From a candidate division WWE3 bacterium (GTDB lineage Bacteria > Patescibacteriota > WWE3 > JAPLWK01), in NCBI GenBank assembly GCA_026396615.1, contig JAPLWK010000010.1:48348-112347 (forward strand): a stretch of 64,000 nt of DNA, given 5' to 3'. Numbering within the stretch: position 1 is the first letter of the stretch; every line of letters begins with the position of its first letter. Below the pieces are notes generated by a model that did not search any database, was not told the DNA's origin, and was given only the letters and a program-made list of their open reading frames with translations. This document shows, piece by piece, positions 40,561-49,849 of this stretch. The translations under genes were made by a program, and so were the position numbers.

Positions 40561-42669
40561 ATGCAAAAAACTTTAAAATCAACGATTAAAAAAGTTAAAA
40601 AACGTAATGGGGAATTGGTGTCTTTTAGTGTCACTAAAATAGAGAAAGCAATTAGTGCCGCTCTTAAATCTTCGGGAGCCCAAGATAAAAAGTTAGCGAC
40701 TGACTTGTCTAAAAAAGTCCTAAAGGACTTAGAACAACGTTTTAATTCCACGATCACTCCGGAAGTGGAGCAAATCCAAGATATTATTGAAAAAGTGCTT
40801 TTGGCTGAGGGTTTAGAGCGAGCCCACCAAGCTTTCACTTTATACCGAGAATTACACCGAAAAACTCGAGATATTACAAGTTTAGTTGATTCCGATGAGC
40901 TGATCCGCAAATATTTAAATCAACAGGACTGGCGGGTTAAGGAAAACGCCAATATGACCTATTCATTGCAAGGCCTTAACAACCACGTGGCCAGTATTAT
41001 TTCTTCTAACTTTTGGCTTAATCAGATCTACACTCGCGAAATTCGCAAAGCTCACGTCCAGGGCGATATTCATATACACGATTTGGCGCTACTCTCGCCT
41101 TATTGCACCGGCTGGGATCTCAAGGATTTTTTGATAAAGGGTTTTGGTGGGGTGCCTGGGAAAGTCAGCAGCAAACCGCCAAAACATCTGTCAACGGCCC
41201 TAGGGCAACTGGTCAACTTTTTCTATACGATTCAGGGAGAGGTGGCCGGGGCGGTGGCAATTTCTAACTTTGACACATATCTGGCGCCGTTTATTCGCTA
41301 CGATAAATTATCGTACAAGGAGTTAAAGCAGAATATACAGGAATTTGTTTTTAACATGAACGTGCCCACTCGCGTTGGCTTTCAAACGCCATTTACCAAC
41401 GTCTCCCTCGACTTAAAACCAACGAAAACGGTTGGTGAAGAAGCCGTCATAATCGGCGGCGAAGTGGTTGACGCGAAATACAAGGATTTTCAGTTAGAAA
41501 TGGATTTGTTTAATCGGGCCTTCGCCGAAGTCATGATGGAAGGTGATAGCCAGGGCCGGGTCTTCACTTTTCCAATTCCCACTTACTCAATAACTAAAGA
41601 TTTTGATTGGGAAAATAAAAATCTGGAACCGGTGTGGGAAATGACTCGCAAATATGGACTGCCATACTTTTCTAATTTTGTAAACTCCGATATGGATCCA
41701 GACGACGCTCGTAGCATGTGCTGTCGACTAAGATTAGATAATCGAACTTTGCGTCGCCGAGGAGGTATGTTTTCCGCTAATCCCCTAACCGGAGCAATTG
41801 GCGTCGTCACTATTAATCTCCCTCGCATCGGATATCTTGCTCATAAAGAAAAAGGGGAGGGAGAAGCCGCGAAAAAGAAGTTCTTCAGTTTACTCGGCCA
41901 ACTTTTAGACATCTCTAAAGACTCACTGGTCATAAAACGAGCGGAAGTTGAGGATTTAACCGTGCGGGGTTTGTACCCATATTGTCGTTACTACCTGGAA
42001 GACATCCACCTGCGAAACGGCGTTTATTGGCGAAATCATTTTAATACGATTGGGATTAATGGGATGAATGAGGCGCTCATTAACCTTTTTGGGAAGACGA
42101 TTTCCGATCCTGAAGGCAAAGAGTTTGCTCTGGAAGTCATGGATTATATTCGGGAGAAGATTTTAATTTATCAAAAAGAGACTGGGGAAATGTTTAACCT
42201 GGAGGCAACCCCGGCCGAAAGTACCGCTTACCGCTTTGCTAAAATAGATAAAGCTCGCTTTGGGGATATTATCGTGGCTAACGAAGAGGCTTACCAAAAG
42301 CAAAAGGCGGCGCCTTTTTATACTAACTCGACCCATTTACCGGTTGACTACACCACAGATATTTTCGAGGCTCTTGATCATCAAGATGATCTACAGGCGA
42401 AATATAACGGGGGAACAGTGATTCACGGATTTATGGGGGAGAGTTTGCCAGACACCAGGTCGGTTAAAGCACTTGTCAAAAAGATCAGTAGCAATTACAA
42501 ACTGCCATATTTCTCAATCACCCCCACTTTTTCGATATGCCCGAAGCACGGCTACTTAAAAGGGTCTCACGAATTTTGTCCACTGTGTGATGAAGAAATT
42601 GGTTATGGAAATGTAGAGGAGGTGACTCCTGTTTATGCCAAAAAAGTCGGTCGATCCAAAAAATCTTGA
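40561..42669 (+). CDS. nrdD: Class III anaerobic ribonucleotide reductase, large part (ATP cone and catalytic barrel, no glycyl-radical loop)
   Basis: VKKRNG ATP cone, HIHDL..PYC, RSMCCRL, EATPAE, C..HG...CP.C; no RV.GY motif. Confidence 0.93.
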   Translation: MQKTLKSTIKKVKKRNGELVSFSVTKIEKAISAALKSSGAQDKKLATDLSKKVLKDLEQRFNSTITPEVEQIQDIIEKVLLAEGLERAHQAFTLYRELHRKTRDITSLVDSDELIRKYLNQQDWRVKENANMTYSLQGLNNHVASIISSNFWLNQIYTREIRKAHVQGDIHIHDLALLSPYCTGWDLKDFLIKGFGGVPGKVSSKPPKHLSTALGQLVNFFYTIQGEVAGAVAISNFDTYLAPFIRYDKLSYKELKQNIQEFVFNMNVPTRVGFQTPFTNVSLDLKPTKTVGEEAVIIGGEVVDAKYKDFQLEMDLFNRAFAEVMMEGDSQGRVFTFPIPTYSITKDFDWENKNLEPVWEMTRKYGLPYFSNFVNSDMDPDDARSMCCRLRLDNRTLRRRGGMFSANPLTGAIGVVTINLPRIGYLAHKEKGEGEAAKKKFFSLLGQLLDISKDSLVIKRAEVEDLTVRGLYPYCRYYLEDIHLRNGVYWRNHFNTIGINGMNEALINLFGKTISDPEGKEFALEVMDYIREKILIYQKETGEMFNLEATPAESTAYRFAKIDKARFGDIIVANEEAYQKQKAAPFYTNSTHLPVDYTTDIFEALDHQDDLQAKYNGGTVIHGFMGESLPDTRSVKALVKKISSNYKLPYFSITPTFSICPKHGYLKGSHEFCPLCDEEIGYGNVEEVTPVYAKKVGRSKKS
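42617..42625 (+). promoter_or_regulatory. Strong Shine-Dalgarno AGGAGGTGA for the small nrdD glycyl-radical gene
   Basis: 9 nt upstream of ATG 42635, inside nrdD. Confidence 0.75.
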
Positions 42670-42802
42670 AGAGCAAAGAACTCGTTGTGAAGTCTACTCC
42701 AGAATCGTGGGGTACCTGCGCCCGGTCGTTCAGTGGAACGATGGTAAAGCCGCAGAATTTTCGATGCGCCAGACCTACACAAATGGTCTAAAAGAGTCAT
42801 GA
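42635..42802 (+). CDS. Stand-alone NrdD glycyl-radical domain (55 aa; below the ORF track cutoff)
   Basis: MPKKSVDPKNLEEQRTRCEVYSRIVGYLRPVVQWNDGKAAEFSMRQTYTNGLKES*; stop overlaps the nrdG ATG. Confidence 0.9.
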   Translation: MPKKSVDPKNLEEQRTRCEVYSRIVGYLRPVVQWNDGKAAEFSMRQTYTNGLKES

Positions 42803-43515
42803 CACTGGGGGGCCTTCAAAAAACCACTCTGGTTGACTTCCCAGGACGCGTCGCTTGTACAGTATTTACGGTCGGCTGCAATTTTCGCTGTCCCTTTTGC
42901 CACAATCGAGATTTAGTGACAAGTTCCAAGTTCCAGGAATCCAAGATCCAAGTTATTTCTCAAGAAACCTTTTTCGAATTCCTTAAAGGCCGGATCAAAA
43001 TTTTAGATGGGGTTTGTATCACCGGTGGTGAGCCGACGTTGCAGCCGGATCTAGAAGATTTTTGTCGAAAAATTAAGTCGCTAGGTCTCCTCGTTAAGCT
43101 TGATACCAATGGCGGTCACCCAGAAATCGTTAAAAAGCTTTTAGATCAGAAACTACTTGATTTTATCGCGATGGATTTAAAGGGACCATGGGAAGATTAT
43201 TCGAAAATTAGTAAATTTGAGCAGGTTGAATTGGTCAAGCAGACGATTCTTTTGACTGTCAAAAGTAATTTAGAATATGAATTTCGGACAACTGTTGTGC
43301 CGGATCTCCACTCCGAAAATTCGTTAATAAAACTCGCTTCAGATTTAGTAAAACTGACGGGTTGCAGTGATCATGATTACTTCCTACAGAACTTTAGAGG
43401 GGTTAGTTGTTTGGACAGTTCTTACAACGATCGACCTGGGTTTTCGTCAACCCAGCTTCAGAGTCTGCGAGACGCGGTTGCAAAGATTCTGCCAAAAACT
43501 AAAACTCGAGAATAA
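42799..43515 (+). CDS. nrdG: Anaerobic RNR activating enzyme (radical SAM)
   Basis: GCNFRCPFCHN, GVCITGGEP, KLDTNG, YEFRTT. Confidence 0.92.
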   Translation: MTLGGLQKTTLVDFPGRVACTVFTVGCNFRCPFCHNRDLVTSSKFQESKIQVISQETFFEFLKGRIKILDGVCITGGEPTLQPDLEDFCRKIKSLGLLVKLDTNGGHPEIVKKLLDQKLLDFIAMDLKGPWEDYSKISKFEQVELVKQTILLTVKSNLEYEFRTTVVPDLHSENSLIKLASDLVKLTGCSDHDYFLQNFRGVSCLDSSYNDRPGFSSTQLQSLRDAVAKILPKTKTRE

Positions 43516-43542
43516 TTGCTATAAATTGTATACTAAACACTT

Positions 43543-43980
43543 ATGAATACTAAAAAGTTATTTATGTTGGGCTATGGAGTCATTGCTATTGTCTCCTTGG
43601 TGGTAGTTGGATTCCTGGTTTATCGGGCTTACTCGTTTGATAAAACTTTAAAAAATAGTGACGCTGTTGCCACAACGCTTCCTGTAACTGCTAATTTAAG
43701 AATTGATTTTGGTGAAAATAAATTCGCGACATACTTAGCAATTCAGGTCAACAGCCCAGCAACAGTTCTTAAATTAATTCAAGCCCCTGCCACCAAAGAT
43801 TTAAATTTGGTAATAGAAGTCAAGCCTCTAGGAACATTAATAAAAAGCATTGCCGGTAAAACGGCCAGCAACGGCTATTTTTGGTTGACCTACGTTAATG
43901 GCATTGTTACGCCTTCTGGGGTCGACAGTATTGCGGTCGCCAGCGGCGATTTAATAGAAATTAAGTATAATAAGCTCTAA
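43543..43980 (+). CDS. Membrane-anchored DUF4430 (transcobalamin C-terminal-like) protein
   Basis: N-terminal TM; G.LIKSI.G...FW..YVNG...G.D......GD.I pattern. Confidence 0.65.
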   Translation: MNTKKLFMLGYGVIAIVSLVVVGFLVYRAYSFDKTLKNSDAVATTLPVTANLRIDFGENKFATYLAIQVNSPATVLKLIQAPATKDLNLVIEVKPLGTLIKSIAGKTASNGYFWLTYVNGIVTPSGVDSIAVASGDLIEIKYNKL

Positions 43981-43984
43981 ACCT

Positions 43985-46807
43985 ATGTTTAAAGAGCTTT
44001 CTACAAACGAAAAAATCTCAGATCGCGACGCTCGTTTAATCCAATTTTGGCAGGAAAATAAAATATTTGAGAAATCTGTTTCGGAGCGTTCGGCCGATAA
44101 TTCCTACGTCTTTTATGATGGTCCGCCTTTCATTTCGGGACTACCGCACTACGGTCACTTACTCGGTTCAATAGCTAAAGACATTATTCCCCGATATTGG
44201 ACTATGAAAGGTAAAAGAGTTGAACGTGTTTGGGGTTGGGATGCTCACGGCTTAACGGTAGAAAATAAGGTTCAAAAAGAGCAGGGAATTAAGAATCGCC
44301 GCGATATTGAAAAGTTTGGGGTTAAAAAGTTTGTTGACGCTTGTTATGAATACACTTCCCGCATTTCTTCAGAGTGGGGTTGGTATATTGATAGGATCGG
44401 CCGCTGGGTTGACATGGAGCACGCCTATAAAACGACTGATCAGACTTACATGGAAAGTACTATCTGGGCCTTTAAGCAGTTGTATGATAAAGGCCTAATT
44501 TACGAAGGCTTACGGACGTCATTATTTTGCCCAACTTGTGGAACGCCTGTCTCTAACTTTGAAGTGGGGCTTGATGACTCCTATAAAGACGTAGAAGATC
44601 CGGCGGTGACTATCGAATTCCCAATTACTTCCGAAGGACCCTTTAAGGGATCTGTCATTTTGGCTTGGACGACTACACCGTGGACATTGCCTTCTAATGA
44701 AGCCTTGGTCATTGATCCGGAAGCTATCTACGTCGAATTTGAGGGTCAGACTGAGGGTAGCAGGTTTATTGTCGCCAAACCACGACTCGAATCTGTAAAT
44801 GCTGGTGATACTTATAAAGTGATAAGAGAGTTTAAAGGCCGGGATCTTTTGGGTCTTACTTACGAACCACCGTTCCGTTTCTTTAAAACTTCAGATAACG
44901 CCTATAAAGTCTACGAATTTTCGGGGATGGTGAACATGGAAGATGGCACTGGAATCGTCCACAGCGCTCCGGGCTTTGGAATAATTGATACCGAAATGGG
45001 CCGTCACTTTGGGTTGTCTTTGATGCAGACTATCAATGACGATGGTAAATTTGCGGCTGGTGATAATGGGGCGAATCCTTACGAAGGTCTTTTCTATAAA
45101 GCGGCGGATAAGCTAATCATGGAGGATCTTGCTAAACCAGAACTCAACCGTCTTTTCAAGAGTGCGCGAATTACCCACCGTTTTCCTTATCACGATCGTT
45201 GTGACACTTTGCTTATCCAACGAGCTCAGCATTCCTGGTTTGTTAATGTTTCCGGACTAAAAGAGGCAATGCTTAAAAATAATCAGGATATCAACTGGGT
45301 TCCGGAGCATATTAAAGCCGGCCGTTTTGCATTGGGAATTGAGCAGGCGCCAGATTGGTGCATTTCACGAAATCGCTTTTGGGGCACCCCGATGCCAGTG
45401 TGGGAGTCTGCGGATGGCGATCGGATTGTTGTCTCATCTATTAACGAAATCGAAGAGTTGTCCGGTCAAAAGGTAGTTGATCTGCACCGTCCAGCTATTG
45501 ACGACATTGTGCTTCACAAAGACGGCAAAGATTATAAACGTCGCTCGGAAGTCCTGGATTCTTGGTTTGAAGCCGGTTCCATGCCGTACGCCCAGTTCCA
45601 CTATCCCTTTGAGAATAAAAAGAAGTTCGAAAAGAATTATCCCGGCGATTATATCGTTGAATATATTGCTCAAACTCGAGCTTGGTTCTTCTTCATGCAC
45701 ACTCTCTCGACGGCCCTGTTTGGCAGTAATTCTTTTAAAAACGCGATTTGCACCGGGGTGATGGCTGGCAGTGACGGTCGCAAGATGAGCAAGTCGTACA
45801 ATAATTACGCTGACCCTAAAGGAGTTATAGAAAAATACGGTGGTGACGCCCTTCGTCTCTATTTAATGAACTCGCCGCTTATGATTGGCGAGAACGCTAA
45901 TTTTGATGAACAAGGCCTTAAAACAAAGGCAAATAATGTCATCAACCCGCTTATCAACTCTCTCAAATACTTTGTGACCTACGCCAATCTAAATAATTGG
46001 AGTCCGACGTCGCACGTTTCGTCTGAGGACGTTTTAGATCAGTGGATTACGGCTCGTCTTAATCAAACAACTAGCGTAGTGGCTAGTAATATTGAGTCTT
46101 ACACTGTGCCAGCAGCCGTTGAAGCCGTCGAAACCTTTGTTGATGATCTGTCACGTTGGTATGTTCGCCGTTCCCGCAGTCGAATTTCTAGTGGTGACAA
46201 TGCGGCTCTTTCGACACTTTACAATGTACTCTTAACTTTTTCTAAAGTCGCAGCGCCGATAATTCCATTTGTATCCGAAGAGATTTATTTAGCACTTCGC
46301 GAGAATAATTCTGAGGAATCGGTTCATCTTTGTAGTTTTCCAATATGTATTGAAAGTGACGAGTCAGAGATTATAAATAAAATGCGAGATACTCGGGAAA
46401 TTGTTTCGAAAGCCCTGTCACTGCGGACAGAAAAGAAGATAAATGTTCGTCAGCCATTACGTTTACTCGAAGTAAAAACTAAATACAACAATTATTATAA
46501 AGAAATAATTATGGAAGAGGTAAATGTGAAAGATGTGACATCGTCCCAAATCGACGAGGACATTAAACTCGACATTGTAATCACGCCTGAATTAAAGGTT
46601 GAAGGTGATGCTCGAGCTTTAACTCGTGAGCTGCAAGATTTGCGGAAAGAGGCGGGGTTAACACCAGCTGACACCGTCGTCGCTGATTTCGCGGATACCC
46701 TAGAGAATAAGCTAGCAGTCGAGAAATTTGGTGAAGAGATTAAAAATAAGGTGCGGGCAGTGGCTTTAACGCCTGGCGCCTTGACAAAAGTCGTCAAGAC
46801 AACGTAG
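43985..46807 (+). CDS. ileS: Isoleucyl-tRNA synthetase, type 2
   Basis: FYDGPPF..GLPHYGH, WTTTPWTLP, DWCISRNRFWGTP, KMSKS; type-2-like C-terminus without a Zn finger. Confidence 0.96.
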   Translation: MFKELSTNEKISDRDARLIQFWQENKIFEKSVSERSADNSYVFYDGPPFISGLPHYGHLLGSIAKDIIPRYWTMKGKRVERVWGWDAHGLTVENKVQKEQGIKNRRDIEKFGVKKFVDACYEYTSRISSEWGWYIDRIGRWVDMEHAYKTTDQTYMESTIWAFKQLYDKGLIYEGLRTSLFCPTCGTPVSNFEVGLDDSYKDVEDPAVTIEFPITSEGPFKGSVILAWTTTPWTLPSNEALVIDPEAIYVEFEGQTEGSRFIVAKPRLESVNAGDTYKVIREFKGRDLLGLTYEPPFRFFKTSDNAYKVYEFSGMVNMEDGTGIVHSAPGFGIIDTEMGRHFGLSLMQTINDDGKFAAGDNGANPYEGLFYKAADKLIMEDLAKPELNRLFKSARITHRFPYHDRCDTLLIQRAQHSWFVNVSGLKEAMLKNNQDINWVPEHIKAGRFALGIEQAPDWCISRNRFWGTPMPVWESADGDRIVVSSINEIEELSGQKVVDLHRPAIDDIVLHKDGKDYKRRSEVLDSWFEAGSMPYAQFHYPFENKKKFEKNYPGDYIVEYIAQTRAWFFFMHTLSTALFGSNSFKNAICTGVMAGSDGRKMSKSYNNYADPKGVIEKYGGDALRLYLMNSPLMIGENANFDEQGLKTKANNVINPLINSLKYFVTYANLNNWSPTSHVSSEDVLDQWITARLNQTTSVVASNIESYTVPAAVEAVETFVDDLSRWYVRRSRSRISSGDNAALSTLYNVLLTFSKVAAPIIPFVSEEIYLALRENNSEESVHLCSFPICIESDESEIINKMRDTREIVSKALSLRTEKKINVRQPLRLLEVKTKYNNYYKEIIMEEVNVKDVTSSQIDEDIKLDIVITPELKVEGDARALTRELQDLRKEAGLTPADTVVADFADTLENKLAVEKFGEEIKNKVRAVALTPGALTKVVKTT

Positions 46808-46810
46808 AAT
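46781..46810 (+). promoter_or_regulatory. Sigma70 promoter for rplU-rpmA
   Basis: TTGACA-18 nt-TAGAAT, 10 nt before ATG 46821. Confidence 0.7.
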
Positions 46811-46820
46811 GAGGCTTCTT

Positions 46821-47111
46821 ATGGATTTTGCAATTATTCGTTTCAATGGGAAACAGCACACCGTCACTAATGGCGATGTGTTCAAGGTACAGCGAACTAA
46901 CGCTTCGGTGAAGCCGGAAGTTCTGCTTTGGTCCGCGGACGGTAAAGTAGAAATCGGTACCCCCACTTTAACTGGTCATGAAGTTAAAATTGAGATTTTG
47001 GAAGATAAATTAGATAAAAAGGTAAATGTTAGTCGGTTTAAAGCCAAGTCTCGCGAGCGTAAGCACAAAGGATTTCGGCAGCCGATTAGCGCCGTTAAGA
47101 TTAGCATTTAA
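46821..47111 (+). CDS. rplU: 50S ribosomal protein L21
   Basis: FAIIRFNGKQH.V, IGTP, KV.V.RFK.KSR.RK.KGFRQ; ATG 46821 fits the promoter. Confidence 0.95.
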   Translation: MDFAIIRFNGKQHTVTNGDVFKVQRTNASVKPEVLLWSADGKVEIGTPTLTGHEVKIEILEDKLDKKVNVSRFKAKSRERKHKGFRQPISAVKISI

Positions 47112-47114
47112 TTT

Positions 47115-47366
47115 ATGGCTCATACTAAAGCTGGGGGCAGTAAAGCTCGTCAACGTAGCAATATATCCGGTCACCGCTTAGGAGTGAAGCTTTACGGTGG
47201 GGAAGTGGTTAAGACCGGTCAAATCATCATTCGCCAAGTGGGGATGAAGTACCGCCCGGGAGAAAACGTCTCCAAAGGTCGCGACTTCACCCTCTTCGCC
47301 CTCAAAGACGGTACCGTTGTCTTTTCCCAAGACGTCCTCAAACGCCCAGTCGTTTCGGTCCAATAG
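47115..47366 (+). CDS. rpmA: 50S ribosomal protein L27
   Basis: [32 protein letters not shown]. Confidence 0.96.
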   Translation: MAHTKAGGSKARQRSNISGHRLGVKLYGGEVVKTGQIIIRQVGMKYRPGENVSKGRDFTLFALKDGTVVFSQDVLKRPVVSVQ

Positions 47367-47417
47367 ATTTCAGGAGGTTAACCGCCTTTGGCGGTGTGGC
47401 TCAACTAAGCAATGCTT

Positions 47418-47470
47418 AAGAGCGCCCGAAGTTGTTTACACTATTAGTGTAGGTAACTTCTGGCGCTTTT
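47418..47470 (+). terminator. Long hairpin ending in a T-tract after rpmA (terminator or attenuator)
   Basis: AAGAGCGCC-c-GAAGTTGTTTACACT att AGTGTAGGTAACTTC-t-GGCGCTTTT; G-U pairs favour the + strand. Confidence 0.6.
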
Positions 47471-47494
47471 GTGGTTTAATAAGGAGGTGATTTT

Positions 47495-47988
47495 ATGGCT
47501 AATGATAGTCAATTTAAGTTAAAAACAAAATATATAGGAACTAGAGGCGTTTTTGAATATCGCCAGTCGATTAGTACTTGGATAAAACCTTGGGATAATG
47601 TCCTAGAAATAGGTTGTGAATGGGGCACGACTTCGGTTCTGATACACATGTCTGTAAGAATTTGATTGCGACAGACATTAGCTCTGAGTGCTTGGAAAAG
47701 GCGAGGATAATGTACCCGGAGATCAGATTTGAGGTCTTAGATGCCTTTAATACTAAGGACGCCCTAAAACTTGGAGATAGCTTTACTAAAATTTACATCG
47801 ATATGTCGGGAATTTCCGGTTACCGGTCAGTTTTAGACGCATTAGCGCTTTTAAATAACTACGCGACATTGTTTGAACCAGAGGCAATTATTATCAAGAG
47901 CGGATCGATTAAGAATTTGGCAGCCCATTTGATACCATGGCCGCCTTGTCTTATCCCAAAATTGATCCGCCCCAAATATAGTCAGTGA
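47495..47988 (+). pseudogene. Class I SAM-dependent methyltransferase with a frameshift near 47645
   Basis: SD AAGGAGGTGA; ATG 47495 reads ...VLEIGCEWGTTSVLI then stops at 47665; another frame continues HVCKNLIATDIS..LEKAR. Confidence 0.78.
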
Positions 47989-49132
47989 AGCGTGGTGAGT
48001 GGTGGCGGCCAATTAATCTACAATTTGTCAGTCCTGAGTTTTCAGTTAATCGCGAAAGTGTTGGCAGATCGCTTTTAGTTGGCGTTTCTTTGGTTTCCAG
48101 GGCTAACTTGCTATTTAAGATAAAGTCAATTTCATTACCGGTTTTTAAGGCGTAGTACTGCAAGGTTCCGATTTTTGACAGTTGATTAAAGACCGTATTT
48201 TCAAACTGAGCACCGCCGGAAAGCTCGGCTAAACTGTTGGCTAGGCCAGTATCGCAAAAATAAAGTTTTCGAGTTTTAACAATTTCTCTGTCAACGCTCT
48301 TTGTAAAGACTGGAATAGTGCTAATCAGATAAGTCTTTTCAAAAAACGAGATGTAATTACTAACAGTAGGTCTGGAAAGGCCAACTAGTCTCGATAGAGT
48401 ACTGTACTCGATGCGGCTGCCAACCCGGCCCGCGAGTAGCTTGGCTAGCGAATAAAGATTTCGCTCATCGGCAAAATCTGCCAGAGAGCGGATGTCAATG
48501 TTGACGTACGATGACATAATGTCGAGGAGCAGATCCTTCTTCTCACTTTCCGACGACGCTAGGACCACTTGGGGGAAGCCTCCAAAGTGGATATACTCTT
48601 CATAGTAAGAATTCAGACGGTCGTATTCTATTTTATTAAACGGCTTCTTTTGCCAAGCAGTTCCAGAAAATTTTACACCCTTAAATATTAAGAATTCGCC
48701 AAAATCTAGAGTTGATAATTCAAAAATTTTCTTACGACCGGCTAGTGACTCCGAGAAAAGATTCTTGAGATAGTAAGAGCTGGATCCGGTAACGATAAAT
48801 TTAATATTGTGGTGGTCGACCAGATATTTTATGGCGCTGGGGCTATCGGGGGCGAGTTGGATCTCGTCTATGGCCACTATCATTTGTTTGTCTTTTGACA
48901 GACCTTGGGCAATAAAAGCCTCGTAAATAGCTTCGTAATTTTTTTGTTGAAATAATTCTCGAATGTCCGGCCTCTGTAAATCAAGATAAAGTGAGTTTTT
49001 ATTTTTACTATCAGTAAGTAGCTCTTTAACCAACGTCGTCTTCCCTGTCCGACGCATGCCGGTAAGTACAGTTACCAGCGGTGACTTTAAGTGAGCTAAA
49101 AGTTGAGGGTAGATTTTTCTTTGAAAAGTCAT
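47951..49132 (-). CDS. AAA+ ATPase (AAA_14) with HTH and DUF4143 domain
   Basis: GMRRTGKT, IDEIQ, TGSSS, ESLAGR, GGFP, KLYFCDTG, EIDF..E.K. Confidence 0.9.
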   Translation of the reverse strand: MTFQRKIYPQLLAHLKSPLVTVLTGMRRTGKTTLVKELLTDSKNKNSLYLDLQRPDIRELFQQKNYEAIYEAFIAQGLSKDKQMIVAIDEIQLAPDSPSAIKYLVDHHNIKFIVTGSSSYYLKNLFSESLAGRKKIFELSTLDFGEFLIFKGVKFSGTAWQKKPFNKIEYDRLNSYYEEYIHFGGFPQVVLASSESEKKDLLLDIMSSYVNIDIRSLADFADERNLYSLAKLLAGRVGSRIEYSTLSRLVGLSRPTVSNYISFFEKTYLISTIPVFTKSVDREIVKTRKLYFCDTGLANSLAELSGGAQFENTVFNQLSKIGTLQYYALKTGNEIDFILNSKLALETKETPTKSDLPTLSRLTENSGLTNCRLIGRHHSPRFTDYIWGGSILG

Positions 49133-49135
49133 ATG

Positions 49136-49172
49136 TAACTATTACTTTACAAATAGTTATACTTTCTGTCAA
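49136..49172 (-). promoter_or_regulatory. Sigma70 promoter with a palindromic operator flanking the -10 box
   Basis: Minus strand TTGACA(49172-49167)-17-TAAAGT(49149-49144); TAACTATT-N8-AATAGTTA at 49136-49159. Confidence 0.7.
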
Positions 49173-49187
49173 GTTGGACTTGCAGGC

Positions 49188-49775
49188 CTAATTTAGGCTG
49201 TAGGTAGGATCATTAATGACGAGGCCTTTGCTTGATGGCGGCCAGAGACGAAGCATTGCTCTGCCTACCATGAACTTCATGTCGACTAGTCCCCATTCGC
49301 GGCTATCGCTGCTCACTTCGCGATTATCTCCAAAGACCAAATAATTGTCGGCGGGAACAGTGTAGGGAGTTTCGTTTGGTAAGAAGGCCCTGCCAAAAGT
49401 AATTACTTCTTTAGGAATATAAGGCTCTGGCATCTGGACCCAACCGGATGCCTCTTTTATAAAAACTTTTCCGTCACTAATTTTAAGAGTGTCACCAGGT
49501 AGCCCAATCACTCTTTTTATGTACTCATACTCTGGCGCTTTGGGGTATTTAATAATGACTACCTCACCGCGCACCGGCTTTCTAAAAAGCAAGTAGGTCA
49601 GTTTGTCTGTAAGAACGTATTCTTTGTCAGTAAAATTGGGGAGCATGGAATCGCCAATTACTTGATGTGTCTGGAAGACGAAAATGTAGGAGATTACAAA
49701 AATAGTGAGGGAAATGACGATTATTTCAAGCACATCAAGCAGTAAACTACCAATATTGTGAACCAATTCGGTCAT
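49188..49775 (-). CDS. lepB: Signal peptidase I
   Basis: GDSMLP, YIKRVIGLPGD, GDNR..SSDSR.WG. Confidence 0.95.
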   Translation of the reverse strand: MTELVHNIGSLLLDVLEIIVISLTIFVISYIFVFQTHQVIGDSMLPNFTDKEYVLTDKLTYLLFRKPVRGEVVIIKYPKAPEYEYIKRVIGLPGDTLKISDGKVFIKEASGWVQMPEPYIPKEVITFGRAFLPNETPYTVPADNYLVFGDNREVSSDSREWGLVDMKFMVGRAMLRLWPPSSKGLVINDPTYSLN

Positions 49776-49812
49776 AAAGAGTATCTTAGCTTATTCTAGT
49801 CTAATAATAAAT

Positions 49813-49844
49813 AATGACCTGTTTACTTGTATAAGCAGGTCATT
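49813..49844. terminator. Stem-loop downstream of the ASCH gene (probable terminator)
   Basis: AATGACCTGTTTA cttgta TAAGCAGGTCATT with AT-rich flanks. Confidence 0.55.
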
Positions 49845-49849
49845 GTTGT

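Noticed and set aside
42634-42650. Programmed -1 frameshift at A AAA AAG fusing nrdD to its radical domain
   Set aside because: The small ORF is in the +1 frame, the heptamer is not phased for -1 slippage in the nrdD frame, and the ORF has its own SD and ATG.
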